From positions 1 through 44,367 of the forward strand of contig NIVC01004489.1 in assembly GCA_002269645.1 (NCBI GenBank): a stretch of DNA of 44,367 nt. The letters are read 5' to 3'. The position numbers and the translations under genes were made by a program. The notes under the pieces are model-generated. The model was not told the origin of the DNA. It ran no database searches and saw only the letters and a program-made list of their open reading frames with translations. Origin of the DNA: Macrostomum lignano. Lineage: Eukaryota. Shown here one piece after another: positions 11,393 to 24,149 of this stretch; within the stretch, counting starts at the first letter, position 1, and each line of letters begins with the position of its first letter.

Positions 11393-12780
11393 GCCCCAGT
11401 GAAAAAAATGATATGGATTCCATGTGGATTTTTCATATGAAATCCATATGTGCATTTGTCTCCGTCCATCCATGTGGAATCAAGATATGGATTCCACATG
11501 GAAGATCCATATGGAAGTAATTATGTATTTCACATAGAATCCACATTGTCATTGAATAAGCAGCCATTATACTGGTTGCCATAATAAATTGTTGCATCCT
11601 AAATCTCAAAATAATACCAGATCTCAAAATTTCATACGAACCCCAGATCTCAATACCATATAAAAGAAACTGAAACAGATAAAACACTAGCTATAGCCAA
11701 AAATATTTCTGCACAAAAATTCAAAATTCAAAATTCAATATTCAAAAACGATGTAAGGTGTATTTATGTACAGTAGTGAGTCACTGGCACACAAAGAATA
11801 AACACACTGATGTAAATATTGATATCTTTAGAGTTGCACTGCGCATATGATATAATATATAATTTGAAATTGACATTGTCAATAGCATTAATTAACAATA
11901 ATATAATGCATCAGAATTAGAACAGTCAGAAACATGCTGCTGCCAATTGCCAGAATGCTGCTTCTTCAGGTCAGGTGAGCAACCTTAGAAAAGAAAGGGG
12001 TTAAATTACAGAATTTTATAACAGATTGATGACAGATTTTGTAATAGATTTTGATAGATTTTGATGACAGAAAAAAATAAGTTTATAACTAAAACTTACC
12101 ATTGCTTCACAAAAGGTAGCATTTGAGATATTAAATTCAAATTCCAAGTAGCTTTGCAAGCTTCTTCAAATGCAAGACCAAGGTGACATCCAAGTTTGAA
12201 GATGGGTCATGTAATGTTAGGCATGCATGAAATAGAAAAATAATTGTTGCCAATTAAGATTGATAAATAATATTGATATAATTCATAAAACTAATTTAAT
12301 GATGAATACTTATAAAATAAAATAAAGGTTATTTTAAAATTAACTAGGCCTAAGTCCTAGGTTTATTTTTTAAGCGCAAAGTGTGCATATGCACCCTAAA
12401 TTTAAAAATTGCACCTTGAAAATTGAAATTAAAAAGTTGATGATACAGTTTAGGTGTGATCTCATTACCTATTTTTCTGTTGAAGCCTTTTTTGCACTGC
12501 CTTTATATAAGAAAAAAGAGAAACTGCATTTTAAGCCTTAAAATCATAAAACCCTAAAAGTGAGCATAGGGTATGATTTTGCACCTTGTCTCTAGCAAAA
12601 AAGAAAACCCTACCCAAGTCAATCAATAAAATTAAATTAATAAAATTAAAATAATAAGTACAAAAAATTAATATGTTTCTATAAATTTAATTTTTTATTT
12701 TAAAATTGATTTTAGACTATAAAGTATTTAGGCAAAGCAATGCATGTTTTTTTTATATTTGCGGGCCTATTATGATTAAA

Positions 12781-13144
12781 AGGGGGGCTGTAGCCAAGCG
12801 GTAGCATAGCTGCTCTGGTGTGCCAGCGACCTAGGCTTGATTCTAAGTGCAGTCACATTAATTTGGGGCTGAATTGGAATCTTGGCTTGGCTCTCTGCTT
12901 GTGCAATTAATGGCCTTTAGAGGCAACCCCCAAGGCACAATGAAGTATACATGCCTAACAATAAATAAAGTTAGGGCCACTGTACACTCCTGTGTAAATG
13001 TGCCTGCATACGTATCCGCACGCTTGTGTGCCTGCTCAAGGGAGTTAATGGAATGGGCAGCAATGCCTCTCGCCAGTTGTATGCCTATGTCGCTTAACGT
13101 GTGCCAGGGTGCACACAACCCCCTGCCTCTAATAAAAAAAATAG
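12781..13144 (+). mobile_element. tRNA-derived SINE
   Basis: Head GGGGGGCTG, A box TAGCCAAGCGG (12791-12801), decayed B box GGCTTGATTCT (12834-12844), A-rich tail, 10-bp TSD TATGATTAAA (12771-80, 13145-54). Confidence 0.78.
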
Positions 13145-15288
13145 TATGATTAAACATTAGGCCTAATCTTAAAAGCTATGCCCTATAGCTATTAAATTCT
13201 AGACTTGGCCTAAATCAGATCAAATTTACAATAATCATTATTTATTTGTAATAGCAACCTTAGGGATCTGCTAGGCTAGCTATGCCAAAAACAGGTTGCA
13301 AGTGTAATTGCAAAGAATTATTTATAATGATTAATAATATTGTTTTTAAAAATGCAACAAGTCTAAAAGACGCTAACAGGCTTTTTTGAAGAAAATCATA
13401 AATGAATAGATTTTTAACAGATTAACTAGATTGACTAGTCACAATTCACAAAGTCAAGCTAGTCTTAACCTTAATTAAAATAGAAGGACCTAAATTGATA
13501 GTTATAGGCCTAGGCCTAGCTTAAAATAGGCCTAATAAGCATACATAAATAGATAAGACTAATAGGTAGGACTAAGAGGAAATTATGAACTTCTAAAGGA
13601 CTATTTAAGTTTAAAAAATGAGTAGCCAATCTATGGACATGGCCATGGGATTCCTAGAAATTGGATAAGCCTAAATAAATTTATCATGGATGGATTTTAC
13701 CAAAAGTATTAGGCCTATCTATGATGAAATACTGATTTATCTAATTTCTAATCCCATGGAGGCCATGGCCTTATAAGTTATTGCCTATAGGCTACGTCTA
13801 CTAAAATTTTTAAGGTGCTTAAATAGCCATAAACAAGGCAATTTATCTTTCAAGGCCTTGAACCAAGACATTGACGAATATAAAATAAAATAAATTTAAT
13901 TTTAAAAAGCACGAAACGTTTTTTATTGTTCACTTCTATTTTGTCTATTTTAACAAACAGTATCTTATTTTCTGATTATAATTTAGCTTTAAGATATTAA
14001 TTTTTACTTAAAAGCATATAAATATAATAATTAATTATAGTAATTTCATAAAAACGTCTGAATGTGGTGTATCACAGCACCCGTGTCAGCAGTTTATACG
14101 CGAATTCAGCACAATTTTAGGTACGATAAACATGCATATCCAGCATGCTGGTTGCCTTTACTGCATGCTGGATACTCGTACATATTGCCTGCACAATGAC
14201 AAACAAACTAGTACCGTCTAAATTCAATATTGTAGCCTAATCACAACTGAATAGTATTGCTTTCTATTCGTTAATAAAAAACGGGAGTTAAATACATTTC
14301 ACTGTACAGAGTTAGTTATTCCTAAAGCAACTTTCGATACATCATCAATTTTGAATATGCTTAATTTTGAGTACAAGTGCCAGCAGCAGGCTTGTTTGAG
14401 CTGACTGCGATCCCTAAAATACAGATATGGATATTAGATATGACTTAGGGGCCTAGCCTAGATAGATGGATCGTCAGAATATCATTAAAATAGATCATAT
14501 CATCATCGTTAGGCCTACTACCTGGTTCTGCCACACTGACTAGACTTAGACTAGACTAGAGTCTATAGACCTATTCTATTGGTATAGAAAAATTAAAATC
14601 AAACTTGATGGGGTTGGGAAGCACATTGATCATTAAATATAGGCCTACCAAATAAATCAAGTTTTAATGCATGGGGATAATAATAAGCTTTTAATATCAA
14701 AGCATTTTATTTTTAAAACCAAACAAAAAGTAAATGGTTAATTTCTAGCATAAAAAGTTCATTAGGCCAGGCCTACATTTATAAAATAAGAATGTTTTGA
14801 CTAAATTCTCATTTTTGTTATTTAAATTTTGTTTTTGCCCCTAAATTATTGTGGCCATAATCATGGATATTTTGTATCTTAACTTTTCTTTCCTGCAAAC
14901 ATTTATTTTATCAAAGGTTATATTATTATAATTATGATATATCTATATTTATATAGCATTAGGTAAGATTATGTTATTTAACCATTTTCATATTATAGTT
15001 CTAAAAAATTATAAAATTTAATGGTTACTTATAATATAAATCTATGTTTATATGCTAGTTTTGTTAATTAATATTTGTTGCCTTGGATTGGTAATTAACA
15101 TGGTTAAATAATCTATGACCAAATTGGCTTAGGGGTAAAATAGTCTATAGGTTAAATTGTTTTAAATGCGAAATTTCCATAGCTAACATAGCTTAAGGGA
15201 ATAATGACCAGTTATTTTTTAATAGGTTTGCTAATTTGCTTTGTTTTTTTACCCAAGAAACAAATTTTTTAGATGCAGAATTATATAC

Positions 15289-15990
15289 CCTCTATACCCT
15301 CCCTATATTCTCCCTGTACCTTCCATACCCTTCATATACCCATCTTTATCTCTCTACATCCTCCATACCCCTTCCCTATACCCTAATGCTCTCTATATAC
15401 CCTCTGTACACTCCATACCTTCCTATACTCTCTATACTCTCCCTATATCTCTCTATACCCTCCATACTCTCTATACTCTCCCTATACCCATTTATACCCT
15501 CCCTATATACCTTCTCTGTACCTCCATACCCTCGCTATACCCTCCATACCCTTCCTATACCCTCCATACCCTTCCTATACCTTCCATACCCTCCATACTT
15601 TTTCTATACCCACCCATGGCCTCCCTGTACCCTCTATGCCCTCCATATACCCTCAATACTCTCCCTATACCCTCCATACCCTTCTATACCCATTCATACC
15701 CTCCATATACCCTCCATACCATCCCTATACCCTCCATACCATTCCTATACCCTCCATACCATCCCTATACCCTCCGTACCATCCCTATACTCTCCTTATA
15801 ACCTCTCCATACCCTCCATACCCTCCATACTTTTTCTATACCCACCCATGGCCTCCCTGTACCCTCTATGCCCTCCATATACCCTCAATACTCTCCCTAT
15901 ACCCTCCATACCCTTCTATACCCATTCATACCCTCCATATACCCTCCATACCATCCCTATACCCTCCATGCCCTCCCTATACTCTCCATA
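15289..15990. repeat. Pyrimidine-rich 8-9-bp degenerate array (CCTCCATAC / CCCTATAC) with an internal ~230-bp duplication; mirrored at about 27280-27981
   Basis: Visible low-complexity array; the block TTTTCTATACCCACCCATGGCC occurs twice (about 15600 and 15832). Confidence 0.9.
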
Positions 15991-16171
15991 CAATCCTGCT
16001 TTTCCTATACTTCTCCTTCCCGCGTTATACTTTTCCCTATCCAGCCTCTACTATCCCCTCTTTCCACCTCCAGCGCCTCCCCCTCTCTAGCCCCTACCCT
16101 CTCTTCCTTTACTTTCCAGCCCCCATCCTCTACTCCCCTCCAGCGCCCACCCTCTTCTCCCATCAGCCCCC

Positions 16172-16990
16172 ACCCTCTCCTCCACTCCAGCGCCCTCCCT
16201 CTCCTCCACTCCAGCGCCCTCCCTCTCCTCCACTCCAGCGCCCTCTCTCTCCTCCACTCCAGCGCCCTCCCTCTCCTCCACTCCAGCGCTCTCTCTCTCC
16301 TCCACTCCAGCGCCCTCCCTCTCCTCCACTCCAGCGCCCTACCTCTCCTCCACTCCAGCGCCCTCCCTCTCCTCCACTCCAGCGCCCTCCCTCTCCTCCA
16401 CTCCAGCGCCCTCCCTCTCCTCCACTCCAGGGCCCTCCCTCTCCTCCACTTCAGCGCCCTCCCTCTCCTCCACTCCAGCGCCCTCCCTCTCCTCCACTCC
16501 ATCGCCCTCCCTCTCCTCCACTCCATCGCCCTCCCTCTCCTCCACTCCAGCGCCCTCCCTCTCCTCCACTCCAGCGCCCTACCTCTCCTCCACTCCAGCG
16601 CCCTCCCTCTCCTCCACTCCAGCGCCCTCCCTCTCCTCCACTCCAGGGCCCTCCCTCTCCTCCACTCCAGCGCCCTCCCTCTCCTCCACTCCAGCGCCCT
16701 CCCTCTCCTCCACTCCAGCGCCCTCCCTCTCCTCCACTCCAGCGCCCTCTCTCTCCTCCACTCCAGCGCCCTCCCTCTCCTCCACTCCAGCGCCCTCCCT
16801 CTCCTCCACTCCAGCGCCCTCCCTCTCCTCCACTCCAGCGCCCTCCCTCTCCTCCACTCCAGCGCCCTACCTCTCCTCCACTCCAGCGCCCTCCCTCTCC
16901 TCCACTCCAGCGCCCTCCCTCTCCTCCACTCCAGGGCCCTCCCTCTCCTCCACTCCAGGGCCCTCCCTCTCCTCCACTTCAGCGCCCACC
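16172..16990. repeat. 24-bp VNTR (CCCTCTCCTCCACTCCAGCGCCCT), 34 units
   Basis: Counted from the PPLQRPPS translation; 336 bp (14 units) longer than its mirror. Confidence 0.95.
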
Positions 16991-18080
16991 CTCTACTCTC
17001 CTTGGTTATGCCTTTGTTACGCTCTTCCCTCCTCTCTGTTTTACTTACTGTGTCATGCATAACCCGTCTGCTACAGTGTTTTTAAATAGCCTTTTATACC
17101 CTCCTCTTTCCCTAGCCCCTCCTCCCCCGGCGGCTCCCCTTCTCGTAGCTCTGCTAATAAAATCGTAATTCTTCTTCTCTTCAAAATAATTTGCCCAGCT
17201 GCGAACTGTGATGGTGCATACCGGGTACTCGCAATTTAAAAAGCGTATGCTTCTTACTGATTTAATTCCGACGCAACCAAGCAAATCGTTTACTTTCAAG
17301 TCCGTGCATTTTTCTTGTGTTTAACTTTTCACCGTTCGGCGTTAATGCCGTGTGGCGTTGGTGTAATACTATCGCGAAATTCAATTTCCAATGTCATTAT
17401 ATAACTATTGTCGCTTTTCTGTATTACAACTATATACTATACTTCTGCATTTATTGACGTAACATTGTGCCAATAATGTCACATTGTGTGGCCCCAATAT
17501 GAATCTGTTGCTGAATGCAACTTATAGCGCAATGACCATTTTAATCGCTTGAAATACATTGTAATGTAATACTGTATCGCTTTTGGCAATCGAAACGAGA
17601 CTTTAGCCAGACTCCTCACTGATCCAAATGCTCCTCAAGCAAAGGTACGAGTATATGGAAAGCAGACTGAGCTCCGCAGACTTAGTATATTTGATCTTCG
17701 GATCGCGGATAGAACCAAGGAAATCTTGATACGTAAATAAAATTGGAGTCACTTTTCCTACTTCCACTTCCCTGCTCTTTCCCTGACCACAGTCTGTGCC
17801 CCAGGCTTAAGTTAGACCAACGCAAAATACTAACCTGAATAGGAAGCAAGCAACTCACTTCCCACTCTAGTCTTTTTCTGCCACTGTTGTCTTGCAATAC
17901 TCGCAAAGATCTCGTATGGCGTCCTATTTGAATTGGCGCAAGTCTCGTTTACATAGTCGAAAGCAATACTGGTGCCAATTATTTGTGTCGATCAAGTTTC
18001 CTAGAGAATGATTTGTTGATAACTGTATATTCGCTGTCTTAGAGCTGCACGCTGTGTTTAACCATTACTTTGTCGTAGAG

Positions 18081-18736
18081 GAGCTGATGAAGGGAGGCGT
18101 TGGGGCGGACCTTTTGGAGGGGCGGAGCTGATGGGGGCGGTAGCGGTGGAGCTTTTGGAGGGGCGGAGCTGATGGGGGCGGTAGGGGCGGAGCTGATGGG
18201 GGGGCGGTAGGGGCGGAGCTGATGGGGGGCGGTAGGGGTGGAGCTGATGGGGGGCGGTAGGGGCGGAGCTGATGGGGGCGGTAGGGGTGGAGCTGATGGG
18301 GGGCGGTAGGGGCGGAGCTGATGGGGCGGTAGGGGCGGAGCTGATGGGGGCGGTAGGGGCGGAGCTGTTGGAGGGGGCGGTAGGGGCGGAGCTGATGGGG
18401 GCGGTAGGGGCGGAGCTGATGGGGGCGGTAGGGGTGGAGCTGATTGGGGGCGGTAGGGGTGGAGCTGATGGGGGGCGGTAGGGGCGGAGCTGATGGGGGC
18501 GGTAGGGGCGGAGCTGATGGGGGGCGGTAGGGGCGGAGCTGATGGGGGCGGTAGGGGTGGAGCTGATGGGGGGCGGTAGGGGCGGAGCTGATGGGGGGCG
18601 GTAGGGGCGGAGCTGATGGGGGCGGTAGGGGCGGAGCTGATTGGGGCGGTAGGGGCGGAGCTGATGGGGGGCGGTAGGGGCGGAGCTGATGGGGGGCGGT
18701 AGGGGCGGAGCTGAGGGGGGCGGTAGGGGCGGAGCC
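18081..18736 (+). repeat. G-rich 22-23-bp array (GGGGGCGGTAGGGGCGGAGCTGAT); C-rich mirror at about 24868-25522
   Basis: Directly visible; each unit has G4-5 tracts and two GGGGCGG GC-box motifs. Confidence 0.95.
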
Positions 18737-18934
18737 CTACGTGTACGTGTATTCGAGCTACGCTGGTAGTGCAGTTGTTTGTCTAGTATAGTTTATACAT
18801 GCGTATACTGTATGTACATGTAGTCTCACAATCCCAGCAAAAGCTAGACATTTTATTTCTTTGGTTAGTAATCGTGGGGATATTAGATCCACATGCAGCT
18901 ATATCGTCATTCGGTCAAGTTATGAACCCGCAGT

Positions 18935-19527
18935 CCCGCTCGATCCAGTTGCACAGATTCTCAATTGGATTGCCAGTCCATGGTGCGGATGTTGTTCTCA
19001 GCAAGCTTCGGATCGTTGTCCTGCTGAAACTGGCAGCACATACCGGCGACCATCAGAACCAGTGCGGGAAAATTTGCTCTCATCACTTCAGATGACCTTG
19101 GCCCCAGTCCTGGGGTGTAGAGCTTGCATGTTGCTTCGCCCAGTTCAAGCGCCGCTTCCGGTTTTTGTCGGAGATGAATGGCTTCTTCCTAGCAATGCGG
19201 CCATGCAGTCCGGCAGCTACCAGACGGCGGCGGACAGTCATGGGGTGCAGCTGGACACCTGAAGTTCACGGCTGATGTCCACAGCGGTTAGCCGACGGTT
19301 GGACTCGGGCATTCGCACAATTCGTCGATCCAGTCGGTGGTCAGTTTTCGGTGCCCGCCAGGTCTTGAGGCACAGCCTGTGCTGCCAGTGCTGCTGAGGC
19401 GCCTGAATGCTTGCTGCTGGACGCACGTTTTCTGCGTACGTGACTTTGGCACGCTGGGAAACTCCTTGGTCGAACAGGGCCCTGATTTTCCTACACGATT
19501 CAGGCGATAGAGCTTTGCCTTTCCCAT
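18935..19527 (-). pseudogene. Internally deleted Tc1-type transposase remnant
   Basis: Across frames: MGKAK, PKTDHRLDRRIVR, LTAVDI, TVRRRLVAAGLHGRIARKKPFIS, R.NWAK.H, KVI*SDESKF, FQQDNDPK, PIENL. Confidence 0.85.
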
Positions 19528-22189
19528 TCTAGGAGAGTTCGAGATCATTTTTGCTTGGGTTGTATTGAATTTGATGTTTTGGACTTGGACTTGGATGTTT
19601 TGGACTTTGGAATCAGCAGGGCCACTGTTGTAGCACCTTTTAGCCCAATTAATTAAGTGGTCTCATTACTGTGTGACTTATCAAATTCGATTGTGAGATA
19701 AGGACTTCAATTAAACAGACTCAATTGTGAGTAATTACACAACACATAACTATAATTTTACTGATTGATACCACGGTTATCTATAACTGATTAGATTAAA
19801 TGCTTCCGCAATCTGTGAAGGTTATGAAACTAAAAGTTCGAATTTGTGTTAGGTGGTCTTAATTCATTGTGCGCCACTTTATGTATAAGTATAATGTTGC
19901 TGAGTACTTTCAAGGCTCAATCCAATTACATGTACCATGTCGGAGTGGCCGTCTAAATATGGCTAAAACACACTAAAAATAAAGCCTGAGAATTTGCATT
20001 TACATTGAGATAAGTAGTAGACCTTGGAACTGGTTAACAGGCCTCAAAACGAGGCAATTGTGTTTTAAATTGAAACTAAACTGATACTGAAATTGAGCAT
20101 GAAAAAGACGTACGCTCAAAATCATTCAAAAACGACGTTAATTTGCTCTCACCGTTAATGGAGAGCCGAAACTGATACAGTGGCGTTAATTTCAATTCCT
20201 GACTACTGGCGGCAGCCCCATCATTTTCTCTATAATGCAGCTGCTATCTCACGGGAGCTGCAAACACAGCTTTTAAATTGGGCTGAGTAGCTGATTGGGC
20301 CGCCTTAATTGTTTCCACGGCGCCTCCGGTGTGCAGGGAATACATGTAGCTGGTCATTCGGGCATGGATCCTTGTCCAGATGTATGAGGGGCACTACGAA
20401 AGTTCTGAGCCATTCGATGGCATTGGATACATGTACGAGCCCAGTGTCCATGATGTCAGCATTATGCCGTAATTATGCTGACGCGTCAGCATATTTTTGA
20501 CAAGCAAAAAAATTCCAAATTTGTGTTGCATTGATATCTGTTTGATATTTATTGAAAGTGCTTTCAGTTTCGCCAGCAATTCTTTCTTTTTTAGGCGCAG
20601 CATCAAACTGGAATAAATTTGGCCTGTGCATGCCACGGCACAATTAAGACATTAAGTGCTAAAAATATGACTTTGAGAAATTTAGAAGGAAAAGATTTTA
20701 TGCAGGTTCCTGAATAGTCCCAAATTGATAATAGTCTTCAAAGATACCCATTGACAAATTTTACTGTCTTCATAATTTTCGCATATATACAGCATGCAAA
20801 TGCTTGTTCATTTCGTCGATTTGATATAATTTGAATTGTACATGTTTCTTATATATACTGAATGGACTACAAATAGTTGTCATACAAGTAATATTTAGAT
20901 GGTTTATTTTAAGCTATGTTATCTTTTGGCTATAGTAGTTATACATGTTTTTATTTTTTGTTATAATACTAAATATTGAACAATATTGAACAAAAATATA
21001 GCACATTTTTAATTGATGCTTTACGAGTCTTAGGCCTAGTCTGTCTCGATCAATTGTACTGGCTTTTATATGTATGCGCAGAAAAATACCTTTTCTAACA
21101 AGGCATTTGTATATTAGTTTCTAGCAATAGTAGTGGGTGCAGTCTGACAATTTTCTAAGGCTGTATATGATATTACGAAGTTATATATGTTAATGTACTA
21201 GCCTAGGCTCTATAGGCATAGGCCTATGTGAAATATTGTACTTGTCATATTTTATATACACCAGTCTTTAGTTGCTTTGTTGTATAAATTGCTGTTAAAA
21301 TATGATATGATATAATACTGTTCCTTGTATTTTATATTGCAAATAGCAAACAATTACATTTTCAGTTGTCAAAAAAGGATAAAACTAATTTTAAGTTTTA
21401 TCTAAATCAATGAAACAAATGTTGAAATCAGACAATAGGCTTTTTCTAGTTTCTTAACTATTTTATTTACTGGGACACTTAAGCCTTTAAGAGGTCTACT
21501 TATAGTAAAGTACTTATCTATAAATTCTATAAACAAAAAATTTAAATTGAATATCAATTATTTAGCAATATTAAAAATGTGATAAATATATTTTTTCCAT
21601 CATAGTTTAAGACTTTATTATGGCTTTTTAAATTCTAATTTTTTATTTTTTATATTGTAATGTTCATGATATTTTCATGATTAAATGTCTAAATATGATA
21701 TATTGATACAATATTAAATATAGCAAAAGCAGTTAATATGCAGTGTATTATGTTAATGTGTAGTTTAATATTTTTATATATTGCAAGTATAGCATGTTAT
21801 TAAAGAGGGACATTATTTTCATGGTATATATTGACAAAGATCAATCAATTTTATTAGTTTACTATGTGGATAAGACTAGGACTAGGAGCAGCATTATCTA
21901 CATAATTCTATGCCAATTGGGAAGATATTCTATAGTATATAATATTAAATATTAAGTATTGAGTAGTATTAAGTATTTTCTTCCTTAATAGTCAGTTTAT
22001 CTAAGATTCTAAGAGAAGGAAAGACAGGGATTGGAAAAGAATGATAGATATATATTAGACAACTATATAAGTGGTAGAAAGGAGAGGAGAAGACTATGGG
22101 AATTGAAAAAAGAAAAGTTTGTAAGTGGGAGTTAAAAGCCAAATAAACATGTTATCTCAAGTCCAATTTATGCATTATTTCTTATTTCA

Positions 22190-22720
22190 GATGAGCATTC
22201 AATTTGAACAATGCAAATTCAAAGTCACATGCTTCGAAGCTGGGATGCAATTACTGTCAAGGTTGAAGAAGTTTCGCTGAAGATAGGGTGGTTTACAAAA
22301 CTTTTGTAGGCATTAAAAGAACAGATGCGGACTACAAATCTGGTCTTGAGAATAACCAACTGCAGATTTCGCCACTCATTGACAATGCAAACTTGCAGTC
22401 TGGTTTCCCTGTTGATTACTAACATTCTGTTTGTTTGGGAGTTGTTCGCCAATTGTTAAAGTTTTTTCTCCACTGTAAAGTGTTTTCGTCTTCGTTGTAA
22501 ATTATACCCAACTGCTTTGGCTAAGCTGTCTGAAAAGTCGATTTCTTTGGCGAAATTTATACCAAATGAGTTTCAGTGACGGCCAAGGCAATTTGATACC
22601 AAGCTTTCTCATTTTAAGGCAACAGAATTCAGACTCTTTGCTGTATTTGGGACCCTATCTTTTAAAGAAGTATCTGCTTATAACTTTTGTATGTTGTTTT
22701 TGTTGCTATATTCTGTTTAT
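22190..22720 (+). pseudogene. CMC/EnSpm-type transposase fragment
   Basis: RAF...KSH..KLGCNYC, RVVY...RTDADY, SPLID, FPVDY*HSVCLGVVRQLL, IPNEFQ*RPR, FKATEFRLF, LYLGPYLLKKYL; stops and frameshifts. Confidence 0.85.
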
Positions 22721-22989
22721 ATTTTTATGTTGTTATGTTTCTGTTTTCCCATGCTATTTAAGTTACTATTTAAGTTAAATTATAAAAGAATTAAAGAACT
22801 AAAAACATGTTCCTACCATTGTTTTCAATGTTAAAAAAATACTTTTCTGCGCCGTCTTTTTTACAATACACTTTTATTTAGTTCTTTTGTACCATTTCCT
22901 AAAGCCTAATTAAAGCCTTGTGGAGTTCAAAAAGGGTTAAGTGCTTCATTGTAATAATTGGACAACAATTGCATTATTTATAAGCCACA

Positions 22990-23340
22990 GAAAGCTACGA
23001 CGTACATTGGTTTACTATATAATTGAACAGGCATATCAGTCGCATATAGTCGGCATAAAAGCAGCATTACACTGGCATTTCATGCTAACATAATGCCTGG
23101 ATCCTGTCGCGACATTCAGTCTGGCATGATATGCCAGCATTATTTCAACAATGCAGCCACAATGCTACGAAGTACATTGGTTAACTACATAATTGAACAG
23201 GCATATCAGTCGCATATAGTCGGCATAAAAGCAGCATTATACTGGCACTTCATGCTAACATAATGCCTGGATCTCGTCGCGACATTCAGTCTGGCATGAT
23301 GCTGGCATAATATTCCGGCATTATTCCGACAATGCGGACA
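22990..23340 (+). repeat. ~175-bp tandem duplication in the right subterminal region of the inner EnSpm
   Basis: GCTACGA.GTACATTGG...GACATTCAGTCTGGCATGAT occurs twice in tandem. Confidence 0.9.
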
Positions 23341-24005
23341 CTGGGAGTGTCCCTTGACGTGTGCGACAATCGCCCCTGGCCGCAAAAACTGTACATGTAT
23401 GTAAAAACATACTCAGCAACAGTCAAAAGTTCCACCCTCCAAGCGAGATGAACTTTTCACTTATTGCGATCATCGCTATCTGTCGACGTGTTAACACATT
23501 TAGTGCCAAACGTGTGCAGTTACGTGCACTTGTACATGTACTTCTGGAAATTTGGTAATGAAGTAGTACATTTAGCAGTGTATGAAGGCTCGCCAGCGCA
23601 AGAACCCCCTGCAAAAGTCCTCTCTGTCCCTGCATGGCCAATGCGATCTTAGTCCCAGCAGCGTCCCTTCTATTCGACTATGACTTCGAGATAGACAGCT
23701 AAAAGACACTAGATGGCAGGTAAGTGCAATGCCCCTCTAGTCGGAAGTCCGATTTCGATAGCTCTGGTTTGGTGAGCCGGGGCGCACGGACTGGTGGTAG
23801 CGGGTTAGTTAATCCGCGGGTTAGCTAATCTCTACCTTTCAAATTCTCCCTGCATTGTCTCTCGCTGTCTTCCCTTAGCTATAGGACCTTGCTGCTCGCC
23901 ACACAATCCAGCTACCACGGGGCTGACCATCTGACAGGAGTGAGAAGCCAGAGTTCTAAGTGATTCATTTCTGAGTTCTGAGGCCCAGAGCTACAGGCTT
24001 AAAAA

Positions 24006-24149
24006 GGCCGAACCCATCAGAATGTTGCGGAGCTGCGTCATGCCATTGAAAACGCTTGGCAGCAACTTCCCCAGGACTTTCTGCGCCGCCTCATCCTGGG
24101 GATGCCCCGCAAAGTCGCCGCACTTCAGCATGCGAGGGATCGTTCTTAA
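24006..24149 (+). pseudogene. Tc1 transposase C-terminal fragment
   Basis: QNVAELRHAIENAWQQLPQDFLRRLILGMPRKVAALQHAR fits the Tc1 C-terminal pattern N..EL...I...W..IP......LI.SMPRR..AV..A.G. Confidence 0.75.

Larger units (their letters stand above)
14078..18929 (+). repeat. Left inverted arm of the foldback (4852 bp)
   Basis: Reverse complement of 24637-29192. Confidence 0.95.
20441..23345 (+). mobile_element. Second CMC-EnSpm element (2905 bp) inside the foldback core
   Basis: TIR CCCAGTGTCC / GGACACTGGG with subterminal CATTATGCC-like repeats; 2-bp TSD AG (20439-40, 23346-47); contains an EnSpm-type transposase remnant. Confidence 0.88.

Noticed and set aside
15236-17168. Long Pro/Tyr-rich, PPLQRPPS, LLHSSALP and EEREGAGV ORFs and their mirrors at 26438-28034
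   Set aside because: Stop-free low-complexity units are open in several frames on both strands; extensin- or collagen-like appearance is an artefact.
18272-18481. Gly-rich ORFs (GAVGAELM) here and Pro-rich ORF 24829-25548
   Set aside because: Translations of the G-rich 22-23-bp array.
18990-19110. Tc1 remnant as support for the CpA signature
   Set aside because: Its IWSDE Trp codon became TGA, not TAG, and it keeps many CpGs; it is a counter-example showing the signature is not uniform across repeats.
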